Shown in pieces: positions 5,884 to 11,005 of a DNA stretch of 11,005 nt (positions are counted from its first letter, which is position 1; every line of letters starts with the position of its first letter). Origin of the DNA: an uncultured cyanobacterium (lineage in GTDB: Bacteria; Cyanobacteriota; Cyanobacteriia; Leptolyngbyales; Leptolyngbyaceae); contig CAVYAN010000003.1 of assembly GCA_963766075.1 (NCBI GenBank), positions 1 through 11,005 of the forward strand. The letters are read 5' to 3'. A program made the position numbers and the translations under genes. The notes below the pieces were generated by a model, which saw only the letters and a program-made list of their open reading frames with translations, ran no database searches and was not told where the DNA came from.

Positions 5884-8190
5884 GTGGCGATAACGACTAC
5901 AGTAATTTGTCTGGCCTATATTTTGGGCCTGCTGTCTACGGGATTGCCGGGAGGCGGCTTCTTCGTGCTGTTGGGGGGCGGCGTGCTGTCGTGGGCAGGA
6001 CCGCGCTACTGGCGGGGAGGGCCGCGATCGCGCCTTTGGCTAGTAGCGGGCTTAGTCGGACTGTTGGCCAGCCTATACTGGCAATGGCGCATCCCCCAAC
6101 CCCCTGGAAATGACATTAGCCGGTTAATCTCGGCGGCGGGCGCAGAGCGGATAGAAGTCAGTTTGCAAGGTGACGTGGACAGCCTGCCGCGCCGGACCCG
6201 CAACGACAGCCAGCAGTTTTGGCTCCAGATCCGCCAGATGGAGGACTTCCCCGGGCCTGCTCCCCAACAGCCGATCGCCGGCAAGCTTTATGTCACCGCA
6301 TTGCAGGACACCGTAGCCGCTCAACTGCAACCGGGACAGCGGATTCGTCTGCAGGGAACCCTGTCTTTACCGAAGCCCCCCACGAATCCCGGCGGATTCG
6401 ATTTCCGGGCCTATTTGCAGCAGGAAGGCTGTTTCGCCGCGCTGCGAAGTAACCGAATTCAAGTCATCGATGCCCAAGCCCGGTGGGGATTGTGGCAGGT
6501 GCAGCAGCGAATTGTGCGATCGCAGGCCCAATGGATTCCCGCCGCTGAGGGTGCACTGATTAGCGCCATGGTACTGGGGGGACGGGCGGTGGACTTGCCC
6601 GTTGAAGTCAAGGATGAATTTGTGCGCGTTGGTCTGGCCCATGCCTTGGCCGCATCCGGATTTCAAACCTCGCTGATTTTGGGCGTGGTCTTAGCCCTGT
6701 GCCGCCGTTGGCCAGAACGGGCTCAGTTTGCCGTGGGGACCAGTGCGCTGCTGCTATTTGTGGGACTAGCCGGAGCCCAGCCCGCCGTGCTGCGGGCGGC
6801 GCTCATGGGATTTGGCGGGTTGGTGGCGCTGGTGCTGGACCGGAAAATTCGGCCCCTGGGTTCGCTGTTAGTCACCGCGACGCTATTGCTCTTGTTTAAT
6901 CCGCTATGGATTTGGGATCTGGGATTTCAGTTGAGCTTTTTGGCCACCCTGGGATTATTGGTGGCGGTGCCCCCCATCACGCAGCGGTTAACCTGGTTGC
7001 CCAGCGCGATCGCCCCCCTGATTGCCGTACCCATTGCCGCCTATGCCTGGACATTACCGCTGTGCCTCTATGCCTTTGGCATCGTTTCACCCTACAGCAT
7101 CATCGCCAATCTGGTAACAACGCCACTCATTTCCGTGCTGAGTTTAGGCGGCATGGCCAGTGCCCTAGCGGCATTGGTCTGGTCACCCTTGGGCAGTGGA
7201 TCGGCATGGCTGCTGAAATTTCCCGCCCAGTGGTTAATTGCCATTGTGCATGGGTTTGGGCAATTGCCGGGAAATGCCTGGGCATTGGGAACAATTTCGG
7301 CAGGTATGGCGATCGCCCTCTATGGCCTCCTGAGCCTGAACTGGCTTCAGGCTTGGTGGCAAAAGCGGGGCTGGCTGGCCCTATTGATCGGGATTGGCTT
7401 AGTCAGCATTCCCGCGTGGCAAACCCGACTGGCCCAATTTCAAGTGACAATCCTAGCCACTGCCAGCCACCCGACCCTGGTGGTCCAGGATGCTGGACGC
7501 ACCGGACTGATTCAAACCAATCACACGGCCATAAATACGGTGCTGCCCTTTTTACAGAAAGCCGGTGTCAACCATCTGGATTGGGCCTTACCTCTGCAAA
7601 GCCGACAGCCACTCTCGCCCCCGGCTATCTCCCTCCCTGCTAATAATGCACCCGAGAGTAGCACCTGGGAAAAACTGGCTGCCCAGTTACCCATTCGGAC
7701 GGCCTACGCCTTGCCCAACAAACCCAATGACTTCTGGCAGCATGCCAAGGCGGCCCATCGTCCCCAAAACCAAGCCCAACTGCACCCCGGACAAGCCACT
7801 CAAATCGGATCGATCCAAATGAACGTGCTCAGTCGGGAACCCGCCGTGGTGGCATTCCAAATGCCGGATCAGCAATGGCTGTGGTTGGAACCTGCCAATT
7901 TAGAAGCGCAGGCACAACTGCTCAAAACAGGACGTTTGGCTCCCGTGCAGGTGCTGTGGTGGTCAGGCCAACGCCTACATCCCGAATTGATTAAAGCGGT
8001 CCAGCCCAAGGTCGCGATCGCCTCGGCCCAGCGGGTCAACCCTAAAACAATCGACGACCTGCGGGCACAGGGGACTCAACTTTATTGGACAGGGCGCGAT
8101 GGCGCACTGCAATGGAGTCCCAAAGCGGGCTTCAAAACGACCCTTAATTCCGGCCTTAATTCTGGTGAAAACGCCGCCGCCGCACTGTAA
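5884..8190 (+). CDS. comEC: ComEC/Rec2 DNA uptake channel (competence protein)
   Basis: N-terminal TM segments, OB-fold-like region ending NPGGFDFRAYL, Competence domain (AMVLG, GLAHALAASGFQ, PAVLRAALM, NPLWIWDLGFQLSFLATLGL), and a C-terminal lactamase-like region with YWTGRDGALQW. Start placed at GTG 5884 after AGGGG. The ORF track starts it at TTG 5830. Confidence 0.93.
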   Translation: MAITTTVICLAYILGLLSTGLPGGGFFVLLGGGVLSWAGPRYWRGGPRSRLWLVAGLVGLLASLYWQWRIPQPPGNDISRLISAAGAERIEVSLQGDVDSLPRRTRNDSQQFWLQIRQMEDFPGPAPQQPIAGKLYVTALQDTVAAQLQPGQRIRLQGTLSLPKPPTNPGGFDFRAYLQQEGCFAALRSNRIQVIDAQARWGLWQVQQRIVRSQAQWIPAAEGALISAMVLGGRAVDLPVEVKDEFVRVGLAHALAASGFQTSLILGVVLALCRRWPERAQFAVGTSALLLFVGLAGAQPAVLRAALMGFGGLVALVLDRKIRPLGSLLVTATLLLLFNPLWIWDLGFQLSFLATLGLLVAVPPITQRLTWLPSAIAPLIAVPIAAYAWTLPLCLYAFGIVSPYSIIANLVTTPLISVLSLGGMASALAALVWSPLGSGSAWLLKFPAQWLIAIVHGFGQLPGNAWALGTISAGMAIALYGLLSLNWLQAWWQKRGWLALLIGIGLVSIPAWQTRLAQFQVTILATASHPTLVVQDAGRTGLIQTNHTAINTVLPFLQKAGVNHLDWALPLQSRQPLSPPAISLPANNAPESSTWEKLAAQLPIRTAYALPNKPNDFWQHAKAAHRPQNQAQLHPGQATQIGSIQMNVLSREPAVVAFQMPDQQWLWLEPANLEAQAQLLKTGRLAPVQVLWWSGQRLHPELIKAVQPKVAIASAQRVNPKTIDDLRAQGTQLYWTGRDGALQWSPKAGFKTTLNSGLNSGENAAAAL

Positions 8191-8222
8191 TATAAATAAG
8201 CGCTATAAACACGCATTAGGAT

Positions 8223-8228
8223 TATGAT
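8223..8228 (+). promoter_or_regulatory. Candidate -10 element for tRNA-Ser
   Basis: TATGAT about 20 nt upstream of the mature tRNA 5' end, in an AT-rich spacer after the comEC stop. Confidence 0.3.
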
Positions 8229-8248
8229 CCTTTTTCGTATTCGCCCTT

Positions 8249-8333
8249 GGAGAGGTGGCAGAGCGGTTGAATGCGGCAGACTCGAAATCTGTTTTAGGGA
8301 AACCTAACGGGGGTTCGAATCCCCCCCTCTCCG
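8249..8333 (+). tRNA. tRNA-Ser (anticodon CGA)
   Basis: Acceptor stem GGAGAGG / CCTCTCC plus discriminator G. D-loop region GGCAGAGCGGTTGAATGC. Anticodon arm GCAGA-CTCGAAA-TCTGT (CGA at 8283-8285). Long variable arm TTAGG-GAAA-CCTAA. T-arm GGGGGTTCGAATCCCCC. 85 nt, CCA not encoded. Confidence 0.97.
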
Positions 8334-8371
8334 TACCCATAGAATGCTTGCACCGGGCTGATTGACGGTGC

Positions 8372-9130
8372 TTATTGGCTGACCACTTGCCGATGGCTGA
8401 GGCGATACCAAAACGCCCGCCATGCAAAATGGGGCAGTGCCAACATCCGCTTCCAGCGCCACGGCTCCTGATACAGACGATAGGTCCATTCCAGGTGATT
8501 GTTGCGCAACCATTCCGGCGCTCGCGCTTTGCTGCCGGACCAAATATCAAAACTACCGCCAATGCCAATCCAAATCGATTGGGGGCAAAGGTGGCGATGT
8601 TGAGCAATCCAAAACTCCTGCCGAGGGACGCCTAGGCCCACCAGAATTAAGCGGGGCTGCACCTGTTCCAAATGTCTCAGAAAGGCTGCTTCCGCCTCAT
8701 GATCGGCGAGATAGCCATGTTGCACATCGGCGATCGCCAATCCCGGATATTTCGCTTCTAGAACTGCCGCCGCCCGATCCGCTACCCCCGGAGCCCCACC
8801 AAAGAAACACACTGAACCCAACTGCGACCGACCAAATTCTCCCAGCAATGACTCAGCCAGCTCAATTCCCGGACATCGAGGGACCCTTTGCCCTAGCCAA
8901 TTGAGATAGAGCACCACGCCCGCTCCATCAGGAATGACCAAATCGGCCCGTCGGATAATATCAGTGAGTTTGGAGTCCTGCTCTGCCTTCATGGTCATTT
9001 CGGCATTCAGGGTCACTACATGGCACCCTTGACGCTGCTCTGCTCGCCATACCAGCCAGTCTAGGTAATCTGGTACCACATGAACCGGCACACCCAGAAT
9101 CGAAATGGACTCCAAAACACTACTCCCCAT
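8372..9130 (-). CDS. WecB/TagA/CpsF family glycosyltransferase (GT26)
   Basis: SILGVPVH, VVTLNAEM, ADLVIPDGAGVV, RCPGIEL, QHGY, LVGLGVPRQEFWI, IGIGGSFDIWSG..RAP.W..LEW.YRLYQEPWRWKRM. Start placed at ATG 9130 with GAGGAG upstream. The frame stays open to 9247. Confidence 0.93.
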   Translation of the reverse strand: MGSSVLESISILGVPVHVVPDYLDWLVWRAEQRQGCHVVTLNAEMTMKAEQDSKLTDIIRRADLVIPDGAGVVLYLNWLGQRVPRCPGIELAESLLGEFGRSQLGSVCFFGGAPGVADRAAAVLEAKYPGLAIADVQHGYLADHEAEAAFLRHLEQVQPRLILVGLGVPRQEFWIAQHRHLCPQSIWIGIGGSFDIWSGSKARAPEWLRNNHLEWTYRLYQEPWRWKRMLALPHFAWRAFWYRLSHRQVVSQ

Positions 9131-9150
9131 AGGCCCGCTAAACTCCTCGC

Positions 9151-9210
9151 GACAAGTTGTCCATACAGGACAAGTTGCCCATGCAGGACAGCCTACCCAT
9201 ACCGGACAGC
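9151..9210. repeat. Imperfect 18-bp tandem repeat (about 3.3 units)
   Basis: GACAAGTTGTCCATACAG (9151-9168), GACAAGTTGCCCATGCAG (9169-9186), GACAGCCTACCCATACCG (9187-9204), GACAGC (9205-9210). Confidence 0.85.
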
Positions 9211-9291
9211 ACTCGCATTGTACTCGACCGGGCTGCACTTCGTACAACTACCGAGAGTCGGTGAGTTCAGGTTACCTTCCCCATGCAGAGT

Positions 9292-9705
9292 TTAACCTTC
9301 TGGCCTCTGCCCGTTGGATTCTGCCAATCTGCGCTCGGCCTGCTGCCGCCACTCAGCCCAGCCCCAGCCGATCGCAATTCCCAAGAAACTCGCCACAAGA
9401 TCCCCCAAATCAAAGGTGCGATTCGGCGATAGACTCTGACAAGATTCCTCAACTATCGTAAAGAGGCCAAACAGCGCCGGAAATAGGGGAATATACCAGC
9501 CATTCAGGCTTCTGCGCCAGCGCCGCCCTCCTAGAGCACGATGTCCCAGGAACGTCGCGATCGCATACAGCACCACATGGCCGAGCTTATCATTTCCCGT
9601 CAAAGCACTGGGCAACTTGCCCATATACGCTAGAACCAGGGTCACGAAGAATGCACAGCCGTAGAGAATAGCCCACAGTTGACGCTGACGGTTTACTGAA
9701 GTCAT
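9292..9705 (-). CDS. VanZ family membrane protein
   Basis: 137 aa, hydrophobic, with VanZ-like motifs DKLGH..LY and EE..QSLSPNRTFDLGDLVASFLG. Confidence 0.85.
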   Translation of the reverse strand: MTSVNRQRQLWAILYGCAFFVTLVLAYMGKLPSALTGNDKLGHVVLYAIATFLGHRALGGRRWRRSLNGWYIPLFPALFGLFTIVEESCQSLSPNRTFDLGDLVASFLGIAIGWGWAEWRQQAERRLAESNGQRPEG

Positions 9706-9838
9706 GAATAAAACCTTTCTCCGCTTGGAGTTCTGAGTTTGCAGCCAGGGATTAAAGGCTAAGACAAGAGTTCAGCCTGGTGGTTCAGCCTCTGGTGATA
9801 TTTTCTACAATGGCTGGGGTCTTGATTACGGATGGCTA

Positions 9839-9918
9839 ATGCCGACTGAGATTGCTCCCTTCAACTTCGTTCAGGGAGCAATCTCAGTCGGTATGATTTT
9901 TCCTGGAAATCGCCTTAG
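9839..9918 (+). repeat. Composite palindromic REP/MITE-like element, copy C (long hairpin plus right arm)
   Basis: Perfect 19-bp inverted repeat CCGACTGAGATTGCTCCCT (9842-9860) / AGGGAGCAATCTCAGTCGG (9873-9891), extending to 22 bp with one G-T pair. Shares AGATTGCTCCCTTC / AGGGAGCAATCT with copy A. Ends GGAAATCGCCTTAG. Confidence 0.8.
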
Positions 9919-9994
9919 ATCGCGATTGCACAATCACAATTGCGTATACTTATGAGCAAATGCATCGCTGTATTTTCAGGGTAGACCGTAATCC

Positions 9995-11005
9995 ATGAAC
10001 ATTATTCACGGGACTTGGATTCCTCAATCCACCGACGCATTTGTTCAGACCGGTGGCTTTTACCTCTGGGTCGAAACCACAGAACCCCAGCATCAGCGCT
10101 CCTCCCAATCCACCGATGCCCACCCCCAGCACCTCACCCAGGTCGAACTCGCCGCATTCTTGACCACCGAATTGGGCATCAAACCACCCGACACCTACGG
10201 CAAACAGCCACCGCAAACGTTAGAACCCGAGGTTTTTCCGTGTTACTTCCTGCTCCCCACGGCTGACCAGCAACCCCTGCCTTCTCTGGAACTAGCCCGC
10301 TATTTGGAACAAGACCTGCCCGAAACCTTTGACCTTCAGCCCTGGCAAATTGATTGCTACGAGGCCAACGCCTGGATTGACCAAACCCCAGTCCCTAACG
10401 TAATTAAACTGCTCCATGATATTCACTTCATCGCCCAGCACAGCTTGGCCGAAGTGCAGCTCGGGGCCGATCTGCTCTTTTGGCATCACTACACCCACGT
10501 CTTAAAGCAGGTCATTCTCAAAGATCAATACATTCCAGCTCTGCGAATCCGGTCATGCCCCCACCCGCCAAAGCCAAGCGCACCACGGCCAAAAGTTCCA
10601 CCGCCAAAAGTTCCACCGCCAAGGCTCAACCCGCCATCGATGCCATTTATCCCGCGTGGGAAATCACCTCAGAGTCCTACGAAGCCGCGATCCAGCACTA
10701 CGCCGAATTGATGCCCTTGAGCGGTGTGGCCGGGTTTGCCGATCGCCCCACCACAACGGCACTGTATGACCCAGCCACGCTACTGCGGCACTTCTCGGAA
10801 TATCTCTTAACCGAAATTGTGGTGCACACCCCCTTGCCCAGTACATTCACCACAAAAATCACCGATTCATTATTAGAGGACTGTCTGCAAGCCATTCCGC
10901 TCCAACCCTGGCTAGCGTCAGCCGAGTTCCTAGAGGAGTATCAACAGTGGCAGACTTGGCGCGATCGCATCGACAGCAATACGATGGTTCCAGTAATGAT
11001 AAAAT
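9995..11005 (+). pseudogene. Probable SNF2-family (DEAD/DEAH-box) helicase, N-terminal part, frameshifted and cut by the window end
   Basis: Starts MNIIHGTWIP...GGFYLWVET, later DLLFWHHY...DQYIPAL, which I recall as typical of cyanobacterial SNF2 helicase N-termini. That frame becomes Pro-rich and stops at 10711. The -1 frame reads ...IYPAWEITSESYEAAIQHYAELMPL...LLRHFSEYLL...YQQWQTWRDRI with no stop to the end. The ATPase motifs are outside the window, so the family call is inferred. The frameshift could be a sequencing error. Confidence 0.7.
10588..10622 (+). repeat. 15-bp perfect tandem repeat in the helicase linker
   Basis: GCCAAAAGTTCCACC x2 (10588-10602, 10603-10617) plus GCCAA. Encodes AKSST-AKSST-AK in the -1 frame. 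Confidence 0.9.

Larger units (their letters stand above)
802..10968. repeat. Dispersed HIP1 octamers (GCGATCGC)
   Basis: Manual count of 16 starts: 802, 1052, 2224, 2930, 3649, 4221, 4768, 5422, 6024, 6516, 7006, 7309, 8014, 8730, 9557, 10961. Well under one is expected by chance in 11 kb. Confidence 0.92.

Noticed and set aside
6906..7643. 245-aa same-strand ORF nested in comEC
   Set aside because: Alternative frame in GC-rich coding DNA with no domain-like features. comEC itself is uninterrupted.
8249..8371. tRNA-Ser as integration site of a genomic island
   Set aside because: No duplicated tRNA 3' end or integrase is seen, and ordinary chromosomal genes flank it closely on both sides.
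10025..10119. QSTDA peptide and 14-nt sequence repeated 81 nt apart in the helicase N-terminus
   Set aside because: Short isolated match (13/14) with unrelated intervening sequence and no supportable function.

Overview
Cyanobacterial chromosomal window (16 copies of the HIP1 octamer GCGATCGC by manual count), mostly housekeeping. In order: 3' part of short-form hisG (+), a small membrane-anchored hypothetical gene (+), a minus-strand block of geranylgeranyl-reductase-family flavoprotein, frr, pyrH, a thioredoxin-fold/AhpC-TSA protein and agmatinase speB, a divergent comEC (+), tRNA-Ser(CGA) (+), a convergent WecB/TagA/CpsF glycosyltransferase and VanZ-family gene (-), and the 5' part of a probable SNF2-family helicase (+) with a single-base frameshift. 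I see no CRISPR array, transposase, integrase or clearly new multi-gene system. The most unusual signal is non-coding: a modular family of palindromic repeats (362-534, 1076-1161, 9839-9918, possible remnant near 4087) built from a shared left arm, a shared right arm and interchangeable REP-like hairpins. Two copies bracket the small hypothetical gene. Also noted are a 12-bp motif shared by two promoter regions, many short tandem duplications, and an 18-bp repeat upstream of the glycosyltransferase. All product calls come from motif recognition, not database searches.
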